DNA of 64,000 bases from Candidatus Latescibacterota bacterium (lineage in GTDB: Bacteria; Latescibacterota; UBA2968; UBA8231): positions 5,984,001 to 6,048,000 of the forward strand of contig OZ253462.1 of assembly GCA_965261395.1 (NCBI GenBank), written 5' to 3'. The translations under genes and the position numbers were made by a program. The notes under the pieces were generated by a model. That model saw only the letters and a list, made by a program, of their open reading frames with translations. It ran no database searches and had not been told where the DNA came from. Below, piece after piece: positions 19,413-27,927 of this stretch (the stretch's first letter is position 1; each line of letters opens with the position of its first letter).

Positions 19413-22400
19413 AAGGCGCACTTGCCTGCTCGCAGGCCAACTCGAACACCCTGTCGGTCATCCAGCGCTTGAAACCCTCGTTGTCCATGAACTGCTTGAA
19501 GAGTTCGGTGTCGTCCTTCATGACGTTCGTCATGACCCGCAGCAGCGCCTTGTCGTGCTCGATGCGGGAGTTGGCGGCGTCCGAGTTCTGCCGCGCATTC
19601 TTGAAGGCAGCGTCCGCGGCCACCCGGGACGGGATGGTCTTGGTGATGAGTTCCCCCACGCGGTCGGCATCCTCCCAGTCGATGTCGCCGAACAGATCGT
19701 TGAACGTCCTGAGAATATTCGACAGCCGGTCCAGCTCTGGTTCCGGCACGTGCCCTCCGCCGCTGGTCGGCACCGGCTCGACTTCGGCGTCCTCGTCCAG
19801 CAGCAGAATCTGCTGCATGGCTTGCTTCTCGACCCGGTAGCTGTCGAGGTCGATGGCGTCGAGGATGCCCTTCGACAGGTCCTCTTCCTCGGGGGCTGGC
19901 AGCTTGGGGATCAGGAAGTTCAGGAAGATCGAGCGCTTCTCCCACCCGGCGTCGTTGTAGGGAAGCACGGACGACAGAAAGGCGTAGGTGCGCGCGAATC
20001 CCTTGGCGTTGCCTTTGAACTCCACTTGGCCGTCCTCGTCCAGATCGCGCTTGTAGGCCGCCACGCAGGCGTCGAGGATTGGGTCGAGCTGGTCGCGCTG
20101 GGCACCGCCGAGGTAGCGCTCGACGAAGTCGTCGATCTGCTCGTCGGAATAGACTTGGGCGCGGTCTAGGTCCGTCTGCAGGTCGTGCAGCTTATTGGGG
20201 TCGGTCTCGTCGGCTAGGATGGTCGCGCGGTAGTAATCGGCGAAGGCGGCGCGGATGGTGTCGGCGTCGTTGAAGAAATCGAGCACGAACACGTCGTGTT
20301 TCTTGGGATGCGCTCGGTTGAGGCGGGAGAGGGTCTGCACCGCCTTGATGTCGGACAGCGTCTTGTCCACGTACATCGTATGCAGCAGTGGTTCGTCGTA
20401 CCCGGTCTGGAACTTGTCGGCGCAGACTAGGAAGCGGTAGGGGTCTTCTTGGAACTGCCCGGCGATCTGGGTGGAGGAAAAGCCGTTCAGCGAGGCTTCG
20501 GTGACCTTCTCGCCGCCGAACTCGTGCTCGCCGGAGAAGGCGACGATAGCCCGGTAGCGGCTCTTGCGCTGCTGCAGGTAGTCGCTGATTGCGTGGTAGT
20601 ACTGGATCGCCCGCTCGATGCCGTTGGTGACCACCATTGCCCGCGCTGCGCCGCCGATCCTGTTCTGCGCCAGCACTTGGTCGTGGAAGTGATCGACCAT
20701 GATCTGGGCCTTGAGTTCAATCGCGTGATCGCTCCCCTCGACGAAGCGGCGCAGCTTCTTCTGGGCCTTCTTGACGTCGAACTCTGGGTCCTGCTCCACT
20801 GTTTTGGCGAGTTTGTAATAGCTCTGCACTGGCATGTAGTGGGCGAGCACGTCGAGGATGAACCCCTCTTGGATCGCCTGCTTCATGGTGTAGCTGTGGA
20901 AGGCGTGGTGCCTGACCGTGCCATCGGGCTGTGGGGCTGGGGCACCGAAGATTTCCAGCGTCTTGTTCTTGGGGGTGGCGGTGAAGGCGAAGTAGCTGGC
21001 GTTGGGGAGCAGCTTGCGCGACTCCATCAGGCGATTGATCCGGTCCTCGAAGGTTTCTTCCTCCTCCTCTGCACCTGCCTCGGAGAGCGCCTGCGCCATG
21101 GCCGCACCGGTGCGGCCGCCCTGGCTGGAGTGGGCCTCGTCGATGATGATGGCGAAGCTGCGTCTGCGTTGCTCGTTGCCGATTTCGTCGAGGATGAAGG
21201 GGAATTTCTGGATCGTCGAGATGATGATCTTCTTGCCGCTCTCGATGAACCGGCGCAGGTCGCCCGAGCGGTCGGCGTGTCCCACGGTCGCCGACACTTG
21301 GGAATACTGTTTGATCGTGTCGCGGATCTGCCGGTCGAGGATGAGGCGGTCGGTGACGACGAGGATTGAGTCGAAGACCGGACCGCCGTCCTTCTCCAGC
21401 CCGATTAGTTGGTGGGCCAGCCAGGCGATGGAGTTGCTCTTGCCGCTGCCGGCCGAGTGTTGGATCAGGTAGCGACGGCCTACGCCGTGGGCACGTGCGT
21501 CGGCCAGCAGGTGGCGCACCACGTCGAGTTGATGATAGCGCGGCCAGATCTGGGTCTGCTTCTTCTTGCCCGTCTTCTCGTCCTTCGCCTCTACCACTTG
21601 GGCGTAGTTCTCTAGGATGTTGGTCAGGCTCTCCCGGGGGAGCACTTCCCGCCACAGGTAGTCGATCGCTAGCCCGTTGGGATTGGGTGGGTTGCCGGCA
21701 CCGTCGTTCCAGCCTCGGTTGAAGGGGAGGAACCAGGAGGCCTTGCCGCTGAGGTGGGTGCAGAAGCGGATCTCGCTTTCGTCCAGTGCGAAGTGGGCGA
21801 CGCAGCGGCCGAACTCAAACAGTTTCTCGCGCGGGTTGCGGTCGCGCTGATACTGCTGGACGGCGTCGGCCACCGTCTGCTTGGTGAGGCTGTTCTTTAG
21901 CTCAAAGGTGAAGACTGGCAGGCCGTTGATGAACAGGCCGATGTCGAGCGCTCGCTGGGTTTCGTCGCGGCTGTAGCGAAGCTGGCGGGTGACTGTGAAG
22001 CGGTTCTGTTTGAAGCGCTCCTGCGCTTCTGGGTTGTCGGCCGAAGGCGTGCCGTAGAATAGGTCTAGGTTGTGCGCTTCGTGCTTGATGCCGTGGCGCA
22101 GCACGTCGATGGTGCCGCGCTTGCTGATTTCGCCCTGGAGGCGGGCAAGGAACCGGCGGCGCGTGGGGCTGGCCTGGCCCGGTAGGGGCGACCGGCCGGT
22201 CGCCCCTACATGGGTGGATGCTATGCCAACGGCCTCCGCAACCTCGGGTTGGGTGGCGTGTAGGAAGGCGGAAAGCTGGGCCAGATCGACGCAGTATTCG
22301 CGGTCGTAGTCGTGGAAGTTGCCGCCGGCCCAACCGACTCCGCCGTAGCGGGCAGGTGGCTCGCCCACGGTGGGACCTGGAGGTGGGTCGCAAGGATGGC

Positions 22401-22458
22401 CGGCTAAGGCCGTGCAGATGAGGCGTTCGAGGCCGCGTTCGGTGGTATCGGTGGGCAC
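19411..22458 (-). CDS. hsdR: Type I restriction enzyme subunit R
   Basis: LFINGLPVFTFELKN nuclease motif, HSAGSGKS, IIIDEAHSSQ, FTATPK, FQTGYDEP, QTLSRLNR. Confidence 0.96.
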   Translation of the reverse strand: MPTDTTERGLERLICTALAGHPCDPPPGPTVGEPPARYGGVGWAGGNFHDYDREYCVDLAQLSAFLHATQPEVAEAVGIASTHVGATGRSPLPGQASPTRRRFLARLQGEISKRGTIDVLRHGIKHEAHNLDLFYGTPSADNPEAQERFKQNRFTVTRQLRYSRDETQRALDIGLFINGLPVFTFELKNSLTKQTVADAVQQYQRDRNPREKLFEFGRCVAHFALDESEIRFCTHLSGKASWFLPFNRGWNDGAGNPPNPNGLAIDYLWREVLPRESLTNILENYAQVVEAKDEKTGKKKQTQIWPRYHQLDVVRHLLADARAHGVGRRYLIQHSAGSGKSNSIAWLAHQLIGLEKDGGPVFDSILVVTDRLILDRQIRDTIKQYSQVSATVGHADRSGDLRRFIESGKKIIISTIQKFPFILDEIGNEQRRRSFAIIIDEAHSSQGGRTGAAMAQALSEAGAEEEEETFEDRINRLMESRKLLPNASYFAFTATPKNKTLEIFGAPAPQPDGTVRHHAFHSYTMKQAIQEGFILDVLAHYMPVQSYYKLAKTVEQDPEFDVKKAQKKLRRFVEGSDHAIELKAQIMVDHFHDQVLAQNRIGGAARAMVVTNGIERAIQYYHAISDYLQQRKSRYRAIVAFSGEHEFGGEKVTEASLNGFSSTQIAGQFQEDPYRFLVCADKFQTGYDEPLLHTMYVDKTLSDIKAVQTLSRLNRAHPKKHDVFVLDFFNDADTIRAAFADYYRATILADETDPNKLHDLQTDLDRAQVYSDEQIDDFVERYLGGAQRDQLDPILDACVAAYKRDLDEDGQVEFKGNAKGFARTYAFLSSVLPYNDAGWEKRSIFLNFLIPKLPAPEEEDLSKGILDAIDLDSYRVEKQAMQQILLLDEDAEVEPVPTSGGGHVPEPELDRLSNILRTFNDLFGDIDWEDADRVGELITKTIPSRVAADAAFKNARQNSDAANSRIEHDKALLRVMTNVMKDDTELFKQFMDNEGFKRWMTDRVFELACEQASAP
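22182..22209. repeat. 28-bp REP palindrome inside hsdR
   Basis: GTAGGGGCGACCGGCCGGTCGCCCCTAC, translated as VGATGRSPL in HsdR. Confidence 0.95.
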
Positions 22459-22466
22459 TGTGAAGA

Positions 22467-22880
22467 CTACCGGTCCGTGAACGGGTTTATGACCCGGAGG
22501 CCATCGTAGTCCTGTTCCGAACTGAGGTCCTCAGAATAGATCACGTCGCAGCCGAGGGTCCGGGCTGCGGCAAGGATCGCGCCGTCCCAATAAGACAGCC
22601 GAAAGCGTCGGCTGATGGCCACGGCCTCGAGAAAAACGTCCATCGTCATGGTCTGAATCCGGAACAGCAGAATCGGCTCTAGGAATTGCAATGCTCTATT
22701 GCCAGAAAGACTGCGGATCCGTGTCGGCCGGGTGGCTTGGTGATAGAACTCCTGCAGCACCTGAACGGACGCGGCGAGGTCGGGTTCTGTCAGGACTTCC
22801 AGCGCCCGCGCCCGCTTGTCGGCCTCCTCCGGGACCTCGCTGACAGCGTACAGCAGGACATTGGTATCTACGAATCGCAT
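22467..22880 (-). CDS. vapC: PIN-domain toxin (VapC family)
   Basis: FVDTNVLLY, QVLQEF, SYWDGAI, YSED, INPF. Confidence 0.92.
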   Translation of the reverse strand: MRFVDTNVLLYAVSEVPEEADKRARALEVLTEPDLAASVQVLQEFYHQATRPTRIRSLSGNRALQFLEPILLFRIQTMTMDVFLEAVAISRRFRLSYWDGAILAAARTLGCDVIYSEDLSSEQDYDGLRVINPFTDR

Positions 22881-23230
22881 GGCGAGGTTTTGAGTGCTTC
22901 GGAGATGCTGCGCTGCCGCTCGCGCTCGGCGACAGCCTCGGCCCTTGCCGCGACGCGGTCGTACAACGCCTCTCTGGGCAGGTTGTCGGACATCCGCAAC
23001 CCAATACCCTGACTATCGAAGTCCGCGAGTACTTCCCGCAGCAGCCTGCACCGACGCTGATAGATGGTTTCGCTAGACCCGGCACTGGCTTCGCCCCCCG
23101 CATCCGGCTCCGCCGCCAGATGTCTCAGGTAGTCTCGCACGAGGGCCGATACCGAGGTGTCCAACTCCGCCGCCCGGATGCGGGCGAGCCGGTGGGTCTG
23201 TTCGTCGATGGATACAGTGATGTTTTTCAT
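22868..23230 (-). CDS. RHH/CopG-like antitoxin (VapB-like)
   Basis: MKNITVSIDE..RLARIRAAELDTSVSALVRDYL; REALYDR motif; overlaps vapC start. Confidence 0.85.
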   Translation of the reverse strand: MKNITVSIDEQTHRLARIRAAELDTSVSALVRDYLRHLAAEPDAGGEASAGSSETIYQRRCRLLREVLADFDSQGIGLRMSDNLPREALYDRVAARAEAVAERERQRSISEALKTSPCDS

Positions 23231-23241
23231 AGTCGCAGCCT

Positions 23242-23261
23242 CACAGTTTCTGTGTAGCACA
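23242..23261. promoter_or_regulatory. Putative vapBC autoregulatory operator
   Basis: Overlapping palindromes CACAG-ttt-CTGTG and TGTG-tag-CACA just upstream of the antitoxin ATG. Confidence 0.5.
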
Positions 23262-23339
23262 ATATAGATGCTCATTGGCCTATGGGCAACACATGTGTAC
23301 TCTTCTGCCGATTCTTCGGCGTCCGCTAGGCACCTAGCG

Positions 23340-23561
23340 TCAAATCGTAACTGTGTAGTGGTTCACCACAACCGAATCCGCCGCCAGATCACCATCCCGC
23401 TCAAGCTCATCGAGATACAGCCTGATCGCGTCGGCGACCAGGTCATGCACCTCATCCTCGGTCTCCCCGGCAACCCCGATGCCCGGAAGCTCCGGTACAT
23501 AGGCTCCATACGCTCCGAGGCCGTATTTCTCTACAATGACCAGATACTCAGTCTGTGCCAT
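23340..23561 (-). CDS. hicB: HicB family antitoxin, orphan
   Basis: YLVIVEK...YGAYVPELPG...GETEDEV; RBS ggagg. Confidence 0.85.
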   Translation of the reverse strand: MAQTEYLVIVEKYGLGAYGAYVPELPGIGVAGETEDEVHDLVADAIRLYLDELERDGDLAADSVVVNHYTVTI

Positions 23562-23670
23562 CTTCACCCTCCTTGTAGTTCTCTTTCAAGCCGGCTTGTT
23601 TGAGCACTTGAACCTGCGCCGTGCAGATGAGGCGTTTGGGGCCGCGTTCAGAGGTGTCGGTGGTGGTCAC
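23549..23670 (-). pseudogene. Chimeric remnant: hsdR 5' end fused to a hicA-like 3' end
   Basis: Reads VTTTDTSERGPKRLICTA-QVQ-VLKQAGLKENYK...; first part matches the hsdR start (22409-22458); VLKQAGLK is the usual HicA C-terminus. Confidence 0.7.
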
Positions 23671-23686
23671 GCTATCTCTTCCGTAT

Positions 23687-23773
23687 TCAGATCGGGACTT
23701 TCCTAGAGGCCCAAGCTCCGCTGATCTTCTTGGGGTTTCGTTCCACTGCTGGGCAGGTGCTCCAGTCCGTCAT
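23687..23773 (-). pseudogene. Truncated DUF433 antitoxin (5' stub)
   Basis: MTDWSTCPAVERNPKKISGAW then stop after 28 codons; ATG overlaps the hsdS stop (ATGA). Confidence 0.65.
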
Positions 23774-25224
23774 ACGGTCACCTCCTCGGCGACTTTGAGT
23801 TCGCCGAGATTTGAATTCTCCCCATCATGGATTGTACCGTCCAAGTCGTCTTCCGCAAGCGGATCCACTTCTGGTAATTCAGCCGCCGCCTCGCGCACAT
23901 CGAGCTTGCCGGTGACGACATCGGCGATGAGGCGGGTGTGGTATTCCTGGAGGAGGGCGATCTGGCGGCGAGTAGCGGTAACAGCGGCGGCGAGTCGTTC
24001 GGTATGTGCTCGAATTTCAGCGAGAATATGTTGCTGTTCTGAGATAGTAGGCAAAACAATCTTAAAGTTGCGAATTGAGTGCAATGTCAGTCCTTCACGG
24101 GATGCCCCATTTTGTTCAAAGCGTATCTCGCGTTGCATGAAGGCAGTAGATAAGAATGAAGCCAAGAAGCCAGAGAGCAGACGATTCTTCTTAGGTCTAA
24201 TGATGCAAACATGCTGACTCACGTTACCCTCTGAAAAGTGATCGGGCACAAAGCAGACGCGTCCGATAGAAGCTCCAGTTATATTCAGCAGAACATCACC
24301 GGGTTTCACATGCGTATTTGAAAGCGATTGATGAAGCCTTGGTGTTATTCGCGCAACGCCTTCGAGGTGGAGTCCGTCAAAATGGATGTTCTGACTTCGG
24401 AGGAATGGAATTCCAGCCTCTTGATATACAGTTGCCCCACCACGGGGAGTAACACCGCTACCAAACTTTGTCGCTAAATATCCTAGCGCGACCACCTCCC
24501 AATGTGCTGGCACATCGCCGAGTCCTTCTACACCCGAAGGCTTGAGGCGGACGTTGGGGTCGAGGCCGCGGGTGACGGCGCTATGGATGATGGCCTGCTT
24601 CTGCTCCTCCAGCAGCGCAATCAGCTTCTGCTTGGCGCGGATGTAGCGCTGGATGCGCCGGTCGGCGTGGTCGAGGAAGCGGACGATGGCGGTTTGTTCC
24701 TCGGTGGGCGGTTTTGGGAAGGGCTCACATTTCAAAAGCTCCATTGGAATCCGCATGCGGTGAGACAAAATACCGTTGCCGATACGAACAAGACTCTCCT
24801 GAAACGGCTTCGTCTGAAAGCAGGCGTTCAGATATCGAGGATCATCATCATCCGACCGCCTTGTAAGCACGTAATACACTGGACTGAGGCATCCCGTGTA
24901 ACGTGATAGTCCGACGGACCCGATAATGACATTCATGCAGTTCACTACGATGTCATCAGGCCTCACGACTTTGTATCTGGTGATGTCCTCTGACATCTTA
25001 TTGCCAATGTTGCCCTTCTCAGAATAGGGAATAACGCCTCGGTCTCGCAGTACCGAGAGAACTTTATCGACATGCCGATTGCTGTTCACCTCACCACGCT
25101 CCTGTAGGAGAGCCCCGAGTCGAGGGAGTTCCCAGTGCTCCGGCACCTCCCCCAGCCATTCTACGCCGGAGTCCTTATAGGCAGGATAGGGTTTGAGATC
25201 TGAGGTCATCATCATATTCACCAA
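23770..25224 (-). CDS. hsdS: Type I R-M specificity subunit S
   Basis: YKDSGVEWLGEVPEHWE, PPTEEQTAIVRFLD, AVTRGLDP, two AT-richer TRDs, VVTGKLDVR; start may be one of the ATGs at 25215-25209. Confidence 0.95.
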   Translation of the reverse strand: MVNMMMTSDLKPYPAYKDSGVEWLGEVPEHWELPRLGALLQERGEVNSNRHVDKVLSVLRDRGVIPYSEKGNIGNKMSEDITRYKVVRPDDIVVNCMNVIIGSVGLSRYTGCLSPVYYVLTRRSDDDDPRYLNACFQTKPFQESLVRIGNGILSHRMRIPMELLKCEPFPKPPTEEQTAIVRFLDHADRRIQRYIRAKQKLIALLEEQKQAIIHSAVTRGLDPNVRLKPSGVEGLGDVPAHWEVVALGYLATKFGSGVTPRGGATVYQEAGIPFLRSQNIHFDGLHLEGVARITPRLHQSLSNTHVKPGDVLLNITGASIGRVCFVPDHFSEGNVSQHVCIIRPKKNRLLSGFLASFLSTAFMQREIRFEQNGASREGLTLHSIRNFKIVLPTISEQQHILAEIRAHTERLAAAVTATRRQIALLQEYHTRLIADVVTGKLDVREAAAELPEVDPLAEDDLDGTIHDGENSNLGELKVAEEVTV

Positions 25225-25225
25225 T

Positions 25226-25253
25226 GTAGGGGCGACCGGCCGGTCGCCCCTAC
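25226..25253. repeat. 28-bp REP palindrome between RAYT and hsdS, followed by a duplicated half-REP (25289-25310 = 25241-25262)
   Basis: Identical to the 22182 and 27839 copies. Confidence 0.95.
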
Positions 25254-25313
25254 GCCGAATGGGGACACCGTTCGTTTTATGTCTTGTTCGGTCGCCCCTA
25301 CGCCGAATGGATC

Positions 25314-25853
25314 CTAGCCGTCCCTAACGGCAGGATTCTCTGGGTCTTCCGACCATCTGGCCGGGTTATCCGCGATGTATTGCCGAATCTGATCCAGCGC
25401 GGATTCGTTCCGGATAACGTGTTCGTAGTAATTGCGCTGCCAGACCGATGCACCGGTCGTGCCACGCATTGTGTTGATGCGTTTGGTTGCGGCAGATTTG
25501 AATCCGGCCATCATCGCGCCGAGAGACCTAGGTCGTGGCCCGCTAGGGGCGACCGGCCGGTCGCCCCTACAGCGGTCGTCGGTAATAATGACGATACCAT
25601 GAACATGATTGGGCATTACAACCCAGGCGTCTAGTTCGATCTCGATGCGGATCCGTGCAGATTTTAACCATTCCTCTGCGGCTATCCGGCCCAATTCGTT
25701 CAGTTCCACCTCATCATCAATCGCTTCGCCAAACAGTAATTCCCGCCCGTATGTGCAGACGGTGATAAAGTATGCGCCTGCTCGTGAATAGTCGTAGTTG
25801 TGCAATCGGATCGACCGACGGTGATGTTTCTCCGGATCGTAGGAGGCGTTCAC
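25314..25853 (-). CDS. REP-associated tyrosine transposase (RAYT, HUH Y1 family)
   Basis: HRRSIRL..YDYS..GAYFITVCT, MPNHVHGI (HUH), WQRNYYEHVIR, YIADNP. Confidence 0.93.
   Translation of the reverse strand: MNASYDPEKHHRRSIRLHNYDYSRAGAYFITVCTYGRELLFGEAIDDEVELNELGRIAAEEWLKSARIRIEIELDAWVVMPNHVHGIVIITDDRCRGDRPVAPSGPRPRSLGAMMAGFKSAATKRINTMRGTTGASVWQRNYYEHVIRNESALDQIRQYIADNPARWSEDPENPAVRDG
25543..25570. repeat. REP copy inside the RAYT gene
   Basis: 27 of 28 identical to the other copies; translated as RGDRPVAP. Confidence 0.9.
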
Positions 25854-27823
25854 TATGCCCTCAAAATCTCGTCCAACAACCCCTCGGTCTCCTTTTCCAA
25901 CGCTCGGATGTCAGCCCGAATCTCCGCCAGCGTTCGCATCGGCTGGGGCTTGTAGAAATATCGGGTAAAGCTGATCTCGTAGCCGATCCTCACGCTGTCT
26001 GGTTGATACCAGGCGTCAGCGGCATAGGGCAGAACCTCCCGCCGCAGGAACGCTTCGATGCCACCTTCCTCTTGCAGCGGAATCTGCTCGGTGTCGCGCA
26101 GGTCGGTGTCCGGTTCGTATTCCACCACGACGGGCTTGCCGTTGACGGTGGCATCGAACCGGCCGCGCAGCGGGTCGGCCTCTGTGCCTCGCTTGTGGAT
26201 CTTCTTGATGACCGGCGGCGCGGTTTCGCTGCGCTCGCAACTCTCCTTCAGCTTCTTGATCTCGGCGGCCTTGTAGGCGCAGTTGGGGTCAGCCCCTTCA
26301 AGTCGCAGCGGCCGTTCGACCGTCACCTTATAGTAGCCGAGGGCGGCATTGTCGAAGATCTTGCTCTGCTCGCTCTCCTCAAAGGCGAGGAAGGTGTCGC
26401 AGATGCGCTGGATGTCCTCCTCGCCGAGCTCGCAGTTTTTCTTGCCCAAGTTTTTGCGCAGCGGCTGATACCACTCAGTGGCGTCGATCAACTGCACCTT
26501 ACCTTGGCGATGCTCCGGCTTGCGGTTGGTGAGCACCCAGACGTAGGTGGCGATGCCGGTGTTGTAGAACATGTTGAGCGGCAGGGCGACGATCGCCTCC
26601 AGCCAGTCGTTCTCAATGATCCAGCGGCGGATGTTGCTCTCGCCCTGCCCGGCGTCGCCGGTAAATAGGGAACTGCCGTTGTGTACCTCGGCGATGCGGC
26701 TGCCGCCCTGCTTCATCTTGGAGAGCTTGTTGGCGAGAAAGAGCATCTGGCCGTCGCTGGAACGGGTGACCAGGGAATACTCGGGATCGTCGGCGTGCTC
26801 GATCACGAAGCGCGGGTCGCGCATGTCGCTCTTGCCGCCCATGCGCTCCAAATCGGTCTTCCAACTCTTGCCGTAGGGCGGATTGGAGAGCATGAAGTCG
26901 AACTCGCGGGATGGGAAGGCGTCGTTGGCCAGGGTGGAGTGCTCCGGGCCGCCTACGATATTGTCAGCGGCGTCCCCTTCACCCTTCAGCAGCAGGTCGG
27001 CCTTGCAGATGGCGTAGGTCTCGGCATTGATCTCCTGGCCGTAGAGGTGGGTGGAAACTTCCTTGCCGCGTTCGGTGGCGAGCTGCTGAAGCACGTCCTC
27101 GGCCACGGTCAGCATGCCGCCGGTGCCGCAGGCCCCGTCGTAAATCAGGTAGGTGCCGGACTTGATCTGGTCGGCGACGGGCAGGAAGACCAGCTTCGCC
27201 ATCAGGGTCACGGCGTCGCGCGGGGTCCAGTGTTCGCCCGCCTCCTCGTTGTTATCCTCGTTGAAGCGCCGGATCAGTTCCTCGAAAATCGTGCCCATGC
27301 CGTGGTTGTCGAGGCCGGGGTGCCTGACCGTGCCGTCGGCGTTGCGCACCGGGGCCGGGCTCAGGTTGATGTCGGGCGAGGTCAGTTTCTCGATCAGCGT
27401 GCCCAAGGCGTCGGCGCGGGACAGTCGCGAAATCTGGTTGCGGAACTCGAAGTTTTCGAGGATGTCCTGGACGTTGGGCGAGAACCCGTCGAGCCAAGCC
27501 CGGAAGTCGGCTTCGAGCTGCTGGCGATTGGCGCGGGCGCGCAGGTCGCGCAGAGTGAACTTGGAGGTATTGTAGAAGGCTTGTCCCGCGATCTGCCGCA
27601 GGGTCGCATCCTGTTCGATGATGCCGGCGTCGTCGAGGGTGGTCTTCATGTCGAGGACCGCCTGCTTGCTGTCCTCCAGCACCGCATCGAGTCGGCGCAG
27701 CACGGTCATCGGCAGGATCACGTCGCGGTACTTGCCGCGCACGTACAGGTCGCGCAGGACGTCGTCGGCGATGCCCCAAATGTAATTCGCGATCCAGTTC
27801 AGGTCGGTGTTGCTGGTCTTCAT
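25853..27823 (-). CDS. hsdM: Type I R-M N6-adenine methyltransferase subunit M
   Basis: GEHWTPR, YDGACGTGGM, SNPPYG, FYNTGIATY. Confidence 0.96.
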   Translation of the reverse strand: MKTSNTDLNWIANYIWGIADDVLRDLYVRGKYRDVILPMTVLRRLDAVLEDSKQAVLDMKTTLDDAGIIEQDATLRQIAGQAFYNTSKFTLRDLRARANRQQLEADFRAWLDGFSPNVQDILENFEFRNQISRLSRADALGTLIEKLTSPDINLSPAPVRNADGTVRHPGLDNHGMGTIFEELIRRFNEDNNEEAGEHWTPRDAVTLMAKLVFLPVADQIKSGTYLIYDGACGTGGMLTVAEDVLQQLATERGKEVSTHLYGQEINAETYAICKADLLLKGEGDAADNIVGGPEHSTLANDAFPSREFDFMLSNPPYGKSWKTDLERMGGKSDMRDPRFVIEHADDPEYSLVTRSSDGQMLFLANKLSKMKQGGSRIAEVHNGSSLFTGDAGQGESNIRRWIIENDWLEAIVALPLNMFYNTGIATYVWVLTNRKPEHRQGKVQLIDATEWYQPLRKNLGKKNCELGEEDIQRICDTFLAFEESEQSKIFDNAALGYYKVTVERPLRLEGADPNCAYKAAEIKKLKESCERSETAPPVIKKIHKRGTEADPLRGRFDATVNGKPVVVEYEPDTDLRDTEQIPLQEEGGIEAFLRREVLPYAADAWYQPDSVRIGYEISFTRYFYKPQPMRTLAEIRADIRALEKETEGLLDEILRA

Positions 27824-27838
27824 TGGGATTCCTGTACT

Positions 27839-27866
27839 GTAGGGGCGACCGGCCGGTCGCCCCTAC
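27839..27866. repeat. 28-bp REP palindrome upstream of hsdM
   Basis: Perfect copy; adjacent 13-bp duplication tacgggtggttaa. Confidence 0.95.
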
Positions 27867-27927
27867 GGGTGGTTAAATCATTACGGGTGGTTAAGGCAAT
27901 TAGAATAAGGCCAAACGGGTGCTTTAG

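Noticed and set aside
19298-19945. 215-aa ORF overlapping the hsdR end
   Set aside because: An alternative frame of hsdR running into the displaced DMFase-like end; not a plausible independent gene.
25314-25853. IS200/IS605 insertion sequence
   Set aside because: No tnpB, and the motifs plus associated GTAG palindromes fit the RAYT family rather than IS200 TnpA.
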